NCBI GenBank assembly: GCA_045644545.1
Contig: JAZRHC010000029.1
Location: forward strand, 13,868 to 77,867
Source: Candidatus Scatosoma sp.
Lineage (GTDB): Bacteria; Bacillota; Clostridia; Christensenellales; Borkfalkiaceae
Length of the DNA: 64,000 nt
Direction: 5' to 3'
The notes beneath the pieces are model-generated. The model was not told the origin of the DNA and searched no databases. It saw only the letters and a program-made list of their open reading frames with translations. Made by a program: the position numbers and the translations under genes. Shown here one piece after another: positions 27,666-37,932 of the stretch (within the stretch, counting starts at the first letter, position 1; the number at the start of each line of letters is the position of its first letter).

Positions 27666-29474
27666 ATGGCAAAACCCAACCAACTTTTAAGAAATTTTTG
27701 TATTATCGCGCATATCGATCACGGAAAAAGCACGCTTGCCGACCGTTTGATAGAACGCACGGGGCAGGTTTCCAAGCGCGATATGGAAGAGCAGCTGCTC
27801 GACAGTATGGATATCGAACGCGAACGCGGGATCACGATCAAGCTCACGCCCGTGCGTATGTACTATACGGCGAAAGACGGACAAGAATACGAGTTTAATT
27901 TGATCGACACCCCGGGTCACGTTGACTTCACCTACGAGGTCAGCCGTTCGCTCGCGGCGTGCGAGGGGGCGATCTTAGTCGTCGACGCTACGCAGGGCGT
28001 AGAAGCGCAAACGCTTGCCAACGTGTATCTCGCCATCGAAAACAACCTTGAAATTCTTCCCGTGATCAATAAGATCGATTTGCCGAGCGCAAGAATAGAG
28101 GAAGTCAAAAAGGAGATCGAAGAGGTGATCGGGCTCGACGCGGAAGGCGTGCCTTGCGTTTCGGCGAAAGAGGGAACGAATATCGGCGATCTTCTCGAAG
28201 CGATCACGCAGTATTTCCCCGCGCCCGAGGGCGACGCGGAACAACCTTTAAAAGCGCTTATTTTCGATAGCTACTACGATAACTATAAGGGAGTGATTTT
28301 GTTCGTCCGCTTGATGGACGGCACGGTGAAGGTTGGAGATAAGATTAAAACCTTTCTTTCCGACACCGTGTACGACGTTACCGAAGTTGGCGCGTTTGCC
28401 CCCGGGCTCTTTCCGAAAGAAAAGCTTTCGGCGGGGGAGGTCGGTTATATCGCGGCTTCTATCAAATCCATTCAAGACGTGGCGGTGGGCGACACGGTAA
28501 CCTCCGCAACCCGACCCGCGCCCGCTCCCTTGCCCGGATATAAAAAGGTCCAGCCCGTCGTGTTCTGCGGTATTTATCCGCTTGACGGCAGTAAATTCAA
28601 CGATTTAAAAGAAGCGATACTCAAATTGCAGCTCAACGACGCGGCGCTTATTTTCGAGCCTGATAATTCCGTTGCGCTCGGCTTCGGCTTCCGTTGCGGG
28701 TTCTTGGGGCTTTTGCATATGGAGATCATTCAAGAGCGTATCGAACGGGAGTTTAACCTCGATATCATCACGACCGCGCCTTCGGTAAGCTACCTCGTGC
28801 ACAAGACGAACGGCGAAGAATTTTTCGTCGATAATCCCTCGCATTTGCCCGAGCCTTCGGATATCGAATATATGGAAGAGCCTATCGTCAAAGCGGATAT
28901 TTTCACGCCTCCCGATTATATGGGCGCGATTATGGACCTTTGTAAGGAAAAGCGCGGGATCTTTAAAAATATGACCTACCTTGACGAGCGCAGGGTCAAG
29001 CTGGAATACACTCTGCCCTTAAACGAAATCGTCTACGACTTTTTCGATAGCTTAAAATCGAGAACGAAGGGCTACGCGAGCTTCGATTACGAGCTGGCTG
29101 GCTATCAACGCTCCAAGCTCGTGCGCCTTGATATTTTATTAAACGGCGATATTTGCGACGCGCTTTCCATTATCGTTTTTGAGGATAGAGCCTACGAACG
29201 GGGCAGAACGCTTTGCGAAAACTTAAAAGAGGCGATTCCCCGTCAGCTTTTCGAAATCCCCGTGCAAGCGGCGGTCGGCGGGAAAATTATCGCCCGCGAA
29301 ACGGTCAAAGCGGTGAGAAAAGACGTTTTGGCAAAATGCTACGGCGGCGACATTACGCGCAAGAGAAAGCTTCTTGAAAAACAAAAAGAAGGCAAAAAGC
29401 GTATGCGGCAGGTGGGTAGCGTAGAAGTTCCGTCCGAAGTGTTTATGGAAATTTTAAAGACGAATAAGGATTAA
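27666..29474 (+). CDS. lepA: Elongation factor 4 (LepA)
   Basis: Motifs [32 protein letters not shown], and the C-terminal [14 protein letters not shown]. Confidence 0.95.
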   Translation: MAKPNQLLRNFCIIAHIDHGKSTLADRLIERTGQVSKRDMEEQLLDSMDIERERGITIKLTPVRMYYTAKDGQEYEFNLIDTPGHVDFTYEVSRSLAACEGAILVVDATQGVEAQTLANVYLAIENNLEILPVINKIDLPSARIEEVKKEIEEVIGLDAEGVPCVSAKEGTNIGDLLEAITQYFPAPEGDAEQPLKALIFDSYYDNYKGVILFVRLMDGTVKVGDKIKTFLSDTVYDVTEVGAFAPGLFPKEKLSAGEVGYIAASIKSIQDVAVGDTVTSATRPAPAPLPGYKKVQPVVFCGIYPLDGSKFNDLKEAILKLQLNDAALIFEPDNSVALGFGFRCGFLGLLHMEIIQERIEREFNLDIITTAPSVSYLVHKTNGEEFFVDNPSHLPEPSDIEYMEEPIVKADIFTPPDYMGAIMDLCKEKRGIFKNMTYLDERRVKLEYTLPLNEIVYDFFDSLKSRTKGYASFDYELAGYQRSKLVRLDILLNGDICDALSIIVFEDRAYERGRTLCENLKEAIPRQLFEIPVQAAVGGKIIARETVKAVRKDVLAKCYGGDITRKRKLLEKQKEGKKRMRQVGSVEVPSEVFMEILKTNKD

Positions 29475-29488
29475 AAGGAGTCAAAAAA

Positions 29489-30637
29489 ATGGCGGGTATT
29501 TACATTCACGTACCCTTTTGCAGGCACAAGTGTTCGTATTGCGATTTCGTATCTTTTCCCGATAAGGTAGACTATGCGGAAGCGTATATGGCGTGTCTTT
29601 ATAAGGAACTTAAAATGCGCGGCGAGGAACTCAAAGATCGCACGTTCGACACCGTGTATTTCGGGGGCGGAACGCCTTCTTATATTCCGCCGAAGCTTAT
29701 TCTCGGCGCGATGAACCAGATTAAAAAATGCTTCAAGCTTTCCGACGATGCGGAAATTACGCTCGAACTCAACCCCGGCACGATCGGCGAAGGCAAGGTA
29801 AAAACTTATCTGGAAGCGGGAATCAACCGTTTTTCGATCGGGCTTCAAACGGCGATCGACGAGCAGCTTGAAGACTTAGGGCGTATCCATAACGCCCGCG
29901 ACTACGTGTACGCGACCAAGCTTTTAAGCGGACAAAATTTCAGCACCGACGTTATGCTCGGGCTGAAAAACCAAACGAAAGAGGACGTTAGAAAAACGAT
30001 CGAGCTCGCGCACGCTTGCGGATCAAAACATATTTCTATGTACGCGCTCACCGTCGAGGACGGCACGCCGATCTACACCGACTACTTAAACGGCGAACTG
30101 CCCGATTCCGACGAAGTTGCGGAGCTGTATGAATACGGCTGTAAGCTTTTAAAAGAAAAGGGCTACGAGCGCTACGAAATTTCCAATTTCTCGATACCTG
30201 GGTATGAGAGCAAGCACAATTTGAACTACTGGAAGCGCGGCGAATATATCGGCTTCGGCGTTTCGGCGAGCTCGTTTATGCAGGGTAGCCGCTTCACGAA
30301 CACCTTTCAGCTCGACGAATATATGAAATGCGTAATTTCGGGCTTTTATCCCGCGATCACCTGCGAAAAGGTCGGCGAATCGGAGGCGAAATTCGAGTTT
30401 ATTATGCTGGGGCTTCGCACGAAATACGGCGTTTCGCTTAAAGAATATAAGCAAAAATTTAGCAACGAAATGGCGGAGGATTTCCCCAAAGCGCTTCGCG
30501 AAAGCTTGAAATATCTCGAACTCGACGGCGATAGAATTCGTATCAAAGACGAATTTTTATACGTTCAAAACAGCATTTTAATGCCGTTTATGGACGAGCT
30601 CCCCGCCGAAGAATCGGAAACGAAAACGGAGGAATAA
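29489..30637 (+). CDS. hemW: Radical SAM HemN-like protein (heme chaperone HemW family)
   Basis: Motif IHVPFCRHKCSYCDF followed by YFGGGTPS. It lies directly downstream of lepA, as in many Bacillota. Confidence 0.85.
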   Translation: MAGIYIHVPFCRHKCSYCDFVSFPDKVDYAEAYMACLYKELKMRGEELKDRTFDTVYFGGGTPSYIPPKLILGAMNQIKKCFKLSDDAEITLELNPGTIGEGKVKTYLEAGINRFSIGLQTAIDEQLEDLGRIHNARDYVYATKLLSGQNFSTDVMLGLKNQTKEDVRKTIELAHACGSKHISMYALTVEDGTPIYTDYLNGELPDSDEVAELYEYGCKLLKEKGYERYEISNFSIPGYESKHNLNYWKRGEYIGFGVSASSFMQGSRFTNTFQLDEYMKCVISGFYPAITCEKVGESEAKFEFIMLGLRTKYGVSLKEYKQKFSNEMAEDFPKALRESLKYLELDGDRIRIKDEFLYVQNSILMPFMDELPAEESETKTEE

Positions 30638-30640
30638 AAA

Positions 30641-31150
30641 GTGAAAAATATCATTCTCGTCGGAATGCCGGGGGCGGGGAAAAGTACGCTCGGCGTCCTG
30701 CTTTCTAAAAAGATAGGCTACGGTTTTATCGATAGCGACAGCGTGATCGTAGCCCGTGAAGGAAAACTATTGAGCGAACTCATTGAAGAACTCGGGAACG
30801 AGGGCTTTTTGGATGTAGAAGCGAAAGTCAACAGCGCGATTTGTGCCAGCCGTTGCGTGATTTCCACGGGTGGAAGCGCGATTTATCGCGGCGACGCGAT
30901 TGAAAAAATGAAACGAAACGGGATCGTTGTGTATTTAAAACTTTCCTATGAAGAAATTTGTCGTCGTTTGGGGGATTTGAAAACGCGCGGAGTCGTTTTA
31001 AAAGAAGGCTTTACCTTCCGTGATCTTTACGAAGAACGTGTGCCTTTATACGAAAAGTACGCAGACTACACCGTAGAGCTGGACGATTGCGCGATTGAGA
31101 AAAACGCCGAAAAAATTCGGGAGGTTATCGCGTGCGAACTGACGGATTGA
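30641..31150 (+). CDS. aroK: Shikimate kinase
   Basis: GTG start. P-loop is LVGMPGAGKSTLG, followed by DSD and GGS motifs. Length is 169 aa. Confidence 0.8.
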   Translation: MKNIILVGMPGAGKSTLGVLLSKKIGYGFIDSDSVIVAREGKLLSELIEELGNEGFLDVEAKVNSAICASRCVISTGGSAIYRGDAIEKMKRNGIVVYLKLSYEEICRRLGDLKTRGVVLKEGFTFRDLYEERVPLYEKYADYTVELDDCAIEKNAEKIREVIACELTD

Positions 31151-32178
31151 AAATCGCCGTTTACGGCGCGGGAGCGATGGGTACGGTGCTCGGCGCGTTT
31201 TTGACGGAATCGGGCGTGAATACGCATTTGATCAGCCGTAACCGCGAGCATATCGCCGCGTTAAAAAGCGACGGGGCAACCGTTTTGTGCGTTGCGGACG
31301 ATACGGAAAAGAAAATTCCCGTAACCGCGTTGTTTCCCGAGGAAATATCGGAAAAATACGACTTGATTTTTTTGATGACCAAACAGCGCGAAAATAAAAA
31401 GATCGCCGAGTTTTTGAAAAATTATCTTACCGACGGCGGGCTCGTGTGCACCACGCAAAACGGCTTGCCCGAAGAAGGGCTGTGCGAAATTTTAGGGAAT
31501 GAGCGCGTGTACGGCGCGGCGGTTTCTTTCGGCGCGAGCTTTATAGGGCGGGGAAAAGTGAAACTTACCTCTGCGCTTTCCGCGATGTCGATGCAAGTGG
31601 GCGGGTATCGGAACGATAACGCAAAATTGCCTTTACTTGCCGAAGTTTTGCAAGGAATAAGCGCGGTTTGCGGGAATTCGCAATTTGTAAAAACGACGGA
31701 AAATCTCGCGGGGGCAAGGTGGAGCAAGCTTTGTATCAACGCCGCGTTTTCGGGGCTTTCCGTGGTTACGGGCTGTACCTTTGGCGAGCTTTCGAAAAGA
31801 AGAAAGTCCAAAAAAATTGCGCTCGGCATTATTCGCGAATGTCTTGCCGTTTCCAAAGTGCTCGGCGTGGTGGTCGAGCCTATGCAGGGGCACGATTTGG
31901 AAAAATTGTTAGGGCAAGGCGGACTTTTCCAAAGCTTGAAAGCGAAGATCGTTTTGCCGATTGCGATGAAAAAACACGCGCTTTTAAGATCGGGAATGTT
32001 AAACGACGTCGAAAACGGCAGAAAATGCGAGATCGATTTTATCAACGGCGTCGTGGCGTCCCTTGGCAAAAAAGCGGGCGTGCCCACGCCTTTGAACGAA
32101 CGGGTCGTGGAGATCGTCCACGGCATCGAGAACGGACTCTACGAAATTTCCTATAAAAACCTCGATTTTTTCGCTTAA
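31132..32178 (+). CDS. Ketopantoate reductase (PanE/ApbA) family oxidoreductase
   Basis: Rossmann N-terminus KIAVYGAGAMGTVLGAFL. Length is about 340 aa. The start is GTG at 31132 or TTG at 31147 overlapping the aroK stop. Confidence 0.6.
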   Translation: MRTDGLKIAVYGAGAMGTVLGAFLTESGVNTHLISRNREHIAALKSDGATVLCVADDTEKKIPVTALFPEEISEKYDLIFLMTKQRENKKIAEFLKNYLTDGGLVCTTQNGLPEEGLCEILGNERVYGAAVSFGASFIGRGKVKLTSALSAMSMQVGGYRNDNAKLPLLAEVLQGISAVCGNSQFVKTTENLAGARWSKLCINAAFSGLSVVTGCTFGELSKRRKSKKIALGIIRECLAVSKVLGVVVEPMQGHDLEKLLGQGGLFQSLKAKIVLPIAMKKHALLRSGMLNDVENGRKCEIDFINGVVASLGKKAGVPTPLNERVVEIVHGIENGLYEISYKNLDFFA

Positions 32179-32182
32179 ACCG

Positions 32183-32211
32183 TTGACTTAACGCATTTTG
32201 CGTGCTAAAAT
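32183..32211 (+). promoter_or_regulatory. SigmaA-type promoter of gltX (extended -10)
   Basis: TTGACT, a 17-nt spacer ending in TGc, then TAAAAT. Confidence 0.55.
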
Positions 32212-32237
32212 AATAACAAAAAAAGGAAGAATTACTT

Positions 32238-33878
32238 ATGGATTTGAACAAATTAGCGGACGCGCTTATCCCCGACGAGAACGTAAAACCGCTTTCTTAT
32301 TACGAAGAACGCTATCCCGAAAGAAGCCTTGAAAAGGGCGCGGAAGTCACCCGTTTAGCGCCCAGCCCTACGGGCTTTATGCATTTGGGGAATTTATACG
32401 TCGCGCTGGCGAATGAAAGAATCGCGCACCAAAGCGGCGGCGTGTTTTTCCTGCGTATCGAGGACACGGACGAGAAGAGAAAGGTGGAAGGCGCGGTGGA
32501 GGTGATCCATTCGTCGCTTAAATATTTCGGCGTTGAATTCGACGAAGGCGCGGACCTTTCGGGGAAATACGGACCTTATTATCAACGCCAACGCGCGGAA
32601 ATCTATCACGCGTACGCCAAAGAGCTGATCAAAAAAGGCCTTGCGTATCCTTGCTTCTGCACGGAAGAGGATTTGGAAAAAACGCGCGAGTATCAAACGG
32701 AAAACAAGCTTTTACCAGGTTACTACGGCGAGTTTGCAAAGTGCCGCAATCTTTCCGAGGAGCAAATTTACGAAAATCTCAAAGCGGGTAAGCCCTACGT
32801 GATCCGTTTGAAATCGCAGGGCGACGTCGAGAAAAAATCTACCTTCCGCGACGCGATCAAAGGGGATATCACCGTCACCGAAAATAATCAAGACGTCGTG
32901 ATTTTAAAATCCGACGGGATTCCCACCTATCATTTTGCGCACGCGATCGACGATCATTTTATGCGCACCACGCTCGTTTTGCGCGGGGAAGAATGGCTTT
33001 CGTCGTTGCCTATTCATATCGAGCTTTTCAAAGTGCTCGGCTTTAAGCTTCCCAAATACGGGCATAACTGCTCAATTCAAAAAATCGACGGCGAAACCCG
33101 CCGTAAGCTTTCCAAACGCAAAGACCCCGAAGCTTCGCTTACCTTCTATCGTGAGGAAGGGTATCACAAGCTTGCCGTCAAAACGTATATGATGACGCTT
33201 TTGAACTCTAATTTCGAGGAATGGATGCTGAAATTCCCCGATAAGCCTTTGGACGAATTTAAATATTCTATCAATAAAATGGGGAAGAGCGGCGCGCTTT
33301 TCGATATTTTAAAGCTCAACGATATTTCCAAAACGGTAATGTCGAATCTGTCGGCGGAGGAAACGTACGATTTCCTCAAAGACTGGGCGAACGACTACGG
33401 AACGGACGAGCAGAAAGGGTACTTTGCCGATAGGGAATATATGCTGAAAGTCCTTACGCTTTGTATGGGTATCGGCGGCAAAAAGAGAAGAAAGGACTTC
33501 GTCTGTGCAAAACAAGCGGTGGAAACGATCTCCTATTTCTTCGACGAATCGTTCGCGCCCGATTGCGCCTACCGTTTCGATAACGCGGTCGTGAAAAAGA
33601 TATTGTCTGATTTCAAAGCTTCGTATTCGTATGCGGACGATTGCTCGGCTTGGTTCGATAAAGTGAAGGCGGTCGCCGCCGAAAGCGGATTCGCAACGGA
33701 TATGAAGGCGTATAAAGCCAACTCCGAAAATTATCCCGGGAACGTATCCGACGCGGCGGAGATGCTGCGAATCGCGACGACGGGGCTTTCGAATACGCCC
33801 GATCTTTGGACGATTATGCAGATCCTCGGCGAAGAAAGAACGCTTGCAAGACTGGAAAAAGCCGTTTCGGCGTTATAA
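32238..33878 (+). CDS. gltX: Glutamate--tRNA ligase (long clostridial form)
   Basis: The HIGH region is RLAPSPTGFMHLGNLY. Also has RIEDTDEKR and the KMSKS-like KLSKRK. Confidence 0.85.
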   Translation: MDLNKLADALIPDENVKPLSYYEERYPERSLEKGAEVTRLAPSPTGFMHLGNLYVALANERIAHQSGGVFFLRIEDTDEKRKVEGAVEVIHSSLKYFGVEFDEGADLSGKYGPYYQRQRAEIYHAYAKELIKKGLAYPCFCTEEDLEKTREYQTENKLLPGYYGEFAKCRNLSEEQIYENLKAGKPYVIRLKSQGDVEKKSTFRDAIKGDITVTENNQDVVILKSDGIPTYHFAHAIDDHFMRTTLVLRGEEWLSSLPIHIELFKVLGFKLPKYGHNCSIQKIDGETRRKLSKRKDPEASLTFYREEGYHKLAVKTYMMTLLNSNFEEWMLKFPDKPLDEFKYSINKMGKSGALFDILKLNDISKTVMSNLSAEETYDFLKDWANDYGTDEQKGYFADREYMLKVLTLCMGIGGKKRRKDFVCAKQAVETISYFFDESFAPDCAYRFDNAVVKKILSDFKASYSYADDCSAWFDKVKAVAAESGFATDMKAYKANSENYPGNVSDAAEMLRIATTGLSNTPDLWTIMQILGEERTLARLEKAVSAL

Positions 33879-33891
33879 ATTGTCCGTAAAG

Positions 33892-33936
33892 AAAAATCCC
33901 TCGATTCCAAAAAGAATCGGGGGATAAATTTTTTTG
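33892..33936. terminator. Bidirectional terminator hairpin between convergent genes
   Basis: The stem atccctcgattc / gaatcgggggat has an A-run on the left and a T-run on the right. Confidence 0.65.
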
Positions 33937-33941
33937 ATCTT

Positions 33942-34691
33942 TTACGGTAATTCGGACAAATTCTTGCACAATCTTCCGTTTTGCAGTTGTTCTTTCGTGA
34001 CGGAAGAGTTTACGTCGGGATAGATTTGCGTAGATAAATATTTCCTGCTGTATCCGAATTGTCCGCCTACGTTTGTCGCTTCGAAATCGCTGACGATCTG
34101 ATATCCGCATTTCGGACAAGAAATTTTTCTTTTTCCGTTTAAACGTTTTGCGTTGAATCCGTTTTGTTTTACGTTATATTCGTTATATCCCGTTTTGGTC
34201 ACGGTGTAATCGGTTTTAACGAAAGTAGAATACACTTCGTGTTCGTCGATCGTACGGGTGAGCGGACCGTTGCAAAATTCGCAGATGTTGAATTTTTTAT
34301 CGAATTCTTCCTGTTCTTTTTTGCGCTTCATTTCGTTCTCGGCTTGCCGTTTTTGTTCTTGCTGTACGCGCAAAAATTCTTCTTTTGCTCGCGCTCTCGC
34401 CGTTTCCCATTCCGCTTTTTGTTTTTTGCGTTTGAAGTTTCGGAAAAGTATTCCCGCCACGATGCTTGCGGCTACCGCGACCACGAGGGTAACGATCAAC
34501 CGAATCAATAGCTTGTCCGTGTTTTCTTCTACGAATTCAATACCGCTGATAAGAGCCGTTGCTACCACGGAAGCGACGACCGCAAAGACGATTAACTCTA
34601 AAAATAAAGAAACGATCAAAGAGCTTTTAACGGGTTTGAAAGGGGGATAAGAAAATTCTTCTTCCGTTTGAGGCGTTTGTTGCGTACTCAT
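33942..34691 (-). CDS. Hypothetical membrane protein with two TM helices, a K/E-rich coiled coil and a zinc ribbon
   Basis: TM stretches are LIVSLFLELIVFAVVASVVATALI and LIVTLVVAVAASIVAGILF. The charged helix is KRKKQKAEWETARARAKEEFLRVQQEQKRQAENEMKRKKEQEE. Zinc-ribbon cysteines are CEFC...CPKC. Confidence 0.5.
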   Translation of the reverse strand: MSTQQTPQTEEEFSYPPFKPVKSSLIVSLFLELIVFAVVASVVATALISGIEFVEENTDKLLIRLIVTLVVAVAASIVAGILFRNFKRKKQKAEWETARARAKEEFLRVQQEQKRQAENEMKRKKEQEEFDKKFNICEFCNGPLTRTIDEHEVYSTFVKTDYTVTKTGYNEYNVKQNGFNAKRLNGKRKISCPKCGYQIVSDFEATNVGGQFGYSRKYLSTQIYPDVNSSVTKEQLQNGRLCKNLSELP

Positions 34692-34709
34692 ATTTTTCTC
34701 CTAAGCAGA

Positions 34710-35468
34710 TTATTTTTCTTCGGATAAAAGCTCTTTCATCGCGTACACGCCCGCGCCTTTTCCGTTTAAAAACTTCGCCGCGCGGATCGCGCCCGCCGCA
34801 AATACGCGCTTAGAGCGCGCGCTGTGCGAGATCGTGATAATTTCGTCCTCGCCCGCAAATATAACCTCGTGTTCGCCGACGATCGTACCGCCGCGCACCG
34901 CGTGGATTCCGATTTCCGACTTTTCGCGTGCGCCGACGATCCCTTCTCTGCCGTTCACGAATTTCTTTTTACCGTCGAACGCTTCGTTGACCGTTTCCGC
35001 AAGCATAAGAGCCGTGCCCGAAGGGGCGTCTTTTTTTAAATTATGATGCTTTTCGATAATTTCCACGTCGAACGCTTCGCCCAAAACCTCTGCCGCCGCT
35101 TTGCAAAGCGCTTGCATAAGGTTCACGCCCAAAGAAAGGTTGGCGGTTTTAAAGATTGCCGTCGTTTTTGCGTATTCTTCGATCAAAGCAAGATCGGCAG
35201 GGGAGAAGCCCGTCGAGGCGAGCACGATTCCCAGCCCGTTATTTTTTGCGTATTCCAATCTTTCCGAAAGGTTTTGCGAAGAGGAAAAGTCGATAATAAC
35301 GTCGGCTTCTTCTTTGATATCCGCAAACGAAGTATACACGGGTATGCCGATTTCGCGCGGATAAAGATCTACGCCGCAAACGGCTTTCGCTTCCAAATCG
35401 CCATCCAAAAGGGAGAGCACGTTGCCGCCCATTTTACCGCACGCGCCGCAAAGAATAATTCTCGTCAT
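34710..35468 (-). CDS. dapB: 4-hydroxy-tetrahydrodipicolinate reductase
   Basis: Motifs ILCGACGKMGGNV and EKHHNLKKDAPSGTA. Confidence 0.9.
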   Translation of the reverse strand: MTRIILCGACGKMGGNVLSLLDGDLEAKAVCGVDLYPREIGIPVYTSFADIKEEADVIIDFSSSQNLSERLEYAKNNGLGIVLASTGFSPADLALIEEYAKTTAIFKTANLSLGVNLMQALCKAAAEVLGEAFDVEIIEKHHNLKKDAPSGTALMLAETVNEAFDGKKKFVNGREGIVGAREKSEIGIHAVRGGTIVGEHEVIFAGEDEIITISHSARSKRVFAAGAIRAAKFLNGKGAGVYAMKELLSEEK

Positions 35469-36355
35469 ACTTTTATCTCCAAGCCGTAATTTTTCATCGC
35501 CGTAACGAGCTTTTCGCGGTTTTGCGGTTCGAGCTTCGTCAAAGGCGCGCGAGGCGTACCCGCGTTAAACCCAACGAGGTTCATCGCTTCCTTCACGGGG
35601 ATAGGATTGACTTCTATAAAGCAAGCGTTTGCAAGGGGCAAAAGCTTATCGTTGAGCGCAATCGCCTCGTCTATTTTGCCTTCGTGCACGAGCGCGCAAA
35701 GCTTTTTCACGTCTGCGGGAACGATATTCGACAAAACGGAAATCACGCCCGCGCCGCCGCACGCGAGGATAGGCAAATTAAGCGCGTCCTCACCTGAATA
35801 TACGTCGCATTTTTCGCGGACCAAACGGAAAGTTTCCATCGTTTTGCTCATATTTCCGCCCGCGTCCTTAATGCCCGCGATATTGGGAATTTCGGCGATT
35901 TTCGCCATCGTTGCAGGCTGAATTTCCACGCCCGTCCGACCGGGCACGTTATAGGCGATCACGGGAATGGATACCGCTTGGCAGATCGCTTTATAATATT
36001 CCACGAGCCCGTTTTGCGTACATTTATTATAATAAGGGGTAACGGCGAGCAAGCCGTCCGCGCCGTAGCTTTCCGCTTTTTTCGCGGTCATCACTGCGTC
36101 GGCGGTGTTGTTGCTTCCGCAACCGAAAATGACTTTCGATCTGCCCGCAACTTTTTTAACGGCGTATTCCATCAAAATATGCTCTTCCTCAAAAGACATC
36201 GTGGAGGGTTCGCCCGTCGTACCGAGAAATACGATCGCGTCCGTGCCGCCTTGAATTTGGTGCTCGATAAGCTCTCCGAGCGCGTCGTAATTCACGCCGT
36301 TTTCGTCAAAAGGAGTGATTAACGCCGTCGCGCTACCTTTAAAAAATCCTTTCAT
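35465..36355 (-). CDS. dapA: 4-hydroxy-tetrahydrodipicolinate synthase
   Basis: Motifs GTTGEPSTMS, YNVPGRTG and the IAGIKDAGG lysine region. It overlaps dapB by 4 nt. Confidence 0.9.
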   Translation of the reverse strand: MKGFFKGSATALITPFDENGVNYDALGELIEHQIQGGTDAIVFLGTTGEPSTMSFEEEHILMEYAVKKVAGRSKVIFGCGSNNTADAVMTAKKAESYGADGLLAVTPYYNKCTQNGLVEYYKAICQAVSIPVIAYNVPGRTGVEIQPATMAKIAEIPNIAGIKDAGGNMSKTMETFRLVREKCDVYSGEDALNLPILACGGAGVISVLSNIVPADVKKLCALVHEGKIDEAIALNDKLLPLANACFIEVNPIPVKEAMNLVGFNAGTPRAPLTKLEPQNREKLVTAMKNYGLEIKV

Positions 36356-36403
36356 AATTTTAATATATTCTCCTTATCCTATTTTTCGTGACAGGATTAA
36401 AAA

Positions 36404-37483
36404 TCAATCAAAATATCCTTTTGCCGCAAGCAGTTCCGCAAGCAACACCGCGCCGCCTGCCGCGCCGCGAAGGGTATTGTGCGAAAGCCCGATAAATTTA
36501 TAATCGAAAAGGGTATCTTCGCGAAGTCTGCCCACCGTCACGCTCATACCGTTGCCTTCCATTCTGTCAAGCTTTGCTTGCGGGCGGTTATCTTCTTCAA
36601 AATATTTGATAAATTGCGCGGGCGCGGAGGGGAGGGAGAGCTCTTGCGGCGCTCCTTTAAAATCTGCCCAAGCTTGAAGGATTTCCTCCTTAGAGGGCTT
36701 ATTTTCGAAGGATACGAACACCGCCGCGGTATGCCCGTCGGAAACGGGTACGCGCAAGCATTGCGCCGTAATCACGGGAGAATCCGCCAAAACGATCTCG
36801 CCATCCTTCACTTCGCCCCAAATTTTTAAAGGCTCTTTTTCGCTCTTTTCCTCTTCGCCGCCGATATAGGGAATCACGTTGTCGAGGATCTCGGGCATCG
36901 TGTCGAAGGTTTTGCCCGCGCCCGAAATTGCCTGATAGGTGCAAACCGCCGCTTGCTTAATCCCGAATTTCTTCAAGGGGTGGAGAAGGGGCACGTAGGA
37001 TTGCAAAGAGCAGTTGGATTTTACGGCGATAAAGCCGCGCTTCGTGCCGAGCCGCTTTCTTTGCGCCTCGATCACTTGGATATGCCCGTCGTTAATTTCG
37101 GGAATTACCATCGGAACGTCCGCCGTGAAACGGTGCGCGGAGTTATTCGAAACGACGGGAACTTCCATTTTCGCGTACGTTTCTTCGAGCGCGCGAATTT
37201 TCGCTTTGTCCATATTCACCGCGCAGAAAACGAAATCTACCGCCGCCGCGATAGCTTCTTTATCTCCTTCCGCGTCGAGAATTTTCATTTCGCGGTATTT
37301 TTCGGGAATAGGGGTTTTGAACGCCCATTTATCGCCGACGGCTTCCGCGTAAGTTTTTCCCGCGGACCGCGCGGACGCCGCCAAAGCGACCACGTTGAAT
37401 TGAGGGTGCTTTTCGAGCAAAAGCATAAATCTTTGCCCGACCATACCGGTTGCGCCGATAACGCCTACCTTATAAGTTTTCAT
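36404..37483 (-). CDS. asd: Aspartate-semialdehyde dehydrogenase
   Basis: N-terminus VGVIGATGMVGQRF and the active-site region KSNCSLQ. Length is 359 aa. AAGGAG lies 8 nt upstream of the ATG. Confidence 0.9.
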   Translation of the reverse strand: MKTYKVGVIGATGMVGQRFMLLLEKHPQFNVVALAASARSAGKTYAEAVGDKWAFKTPIPEKYREMKILDAEGDKEAIAAAVDFVFCAVNMDKAKIRALEETYAKMEVPVVSNNSAHRFTADVPMVIPEINDGHIQVIEAQRKRLGTKRGFIAVKSNCSLQSYVPLLHPLKKFGIKQAAVCTYQAISGAGKTFDTMPEILDNVIPYIGGEEEKSEKEPLKIWGEVKDGEIVLADSPVITAQCLRVPVSDGHTAAVFVSFENKPSKEEILQAWADFKGAPQELSLPSAPAQFIKYFEEDNRPQAKLDRMEGNGMSVTVGRLREDTLFDYKFIGLSHNTLRGAAGGAVLLAELLAAKGYFD

Positions 37484-37512
37484 ATCGTAAAACTCCTTAA
37501 AAAATTTTTTCT

Positions 37513-37540
37513 AAAATAAAAGACGGCGAGCCACCGTCTT
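37513..37540 (-). terminator. Intrinsic terminator forming the expression platform of the lysine riboswitch
   Basis: The minus strand reads AAGACGGUGGCUCGCCGUCUUUUAUUUU. Confidence 0.7.
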
Positions 37541-37579
37541 GCTAATAAGCCTTTGCGTTCCACCGAACTTCGGTTCTCG

Positions 37580-37752
37580 TAAATAGCTCAACACAGACGG
37601 TGTCAGTCATACGGGTGTTCTCCCGTATGCCCAGCGCGGACGGAATGTTTCGCGCTTCGGCGGAGATACCCTTTCCCCGAACAAGGCGTAAGCAAAATCA
37701 TTCCTTATTTCGCGCCTTCGAAGGGTACTGATGTTCGTCCGCTCCTCTATTT
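37580..37752 (-). promoter_or_regulatory. Lysine riboswitch (L-box) in the leader of asd-dapA-dapB
   Basis: The minus strand carries AUAGAGGAGCGGACG...AGUAC...GGGGAAAGGGUAUCUCCGCCGAAGCGCG...GCUGGGCAUACGGGAGAACACCCGUAUGACUGACACCGUCUGUGUUGAGCUAUU. These match the conserved L-box blocks AGAGGNGC, GGGAAAGG, CCGCCGAAG and GAGCUA. Confidence 0.8.
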
Positions 37753-37761
37753 AACGAATTT

Positions 37762-37790
37762 ATTTTAGCATATTCGAGATAAAAAGTCAA
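37762..37790 (-). promoter_or_regulatory. SigmaA-type promoter of the L-box/asd operon
   Basis: On the minus strand: TTGACT (37790-37785), a 17-nt spacer, then TAAAAT (37767-37762). Confidence 0.6.
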
Positions 37791-37839
37791 AGATTTTTCA
37801 CAACTTGCAAATTTTATTTAAAATTTTTTCGAAATTTCC

Positions 37840-37868
37840 TTGAAATTATCGTAAATTTGTAGTAAAAT
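37840..37868 (+). promoter_or_regulatory. Divergent sigmaA-type promoter
   Basis: TTGAAA, a 17-nt spacer, then TAAAAT. Confidence 0.5.
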
Positions 37869-37932
37869 AGAAGAGATAAAAAATTTGGAAAGGGAAATTA
37901 CGCCCTTTTTAGGAAAATTTTGGAGTTAGAAA

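Noticed and set aside
31422-32126. 234-aa minus-strand ORF, plus the + strand alternative-frame ORF 31668-32156
   Set aside because: Both overlap the PanE-like gene. Neither has family motifs or translation signals.
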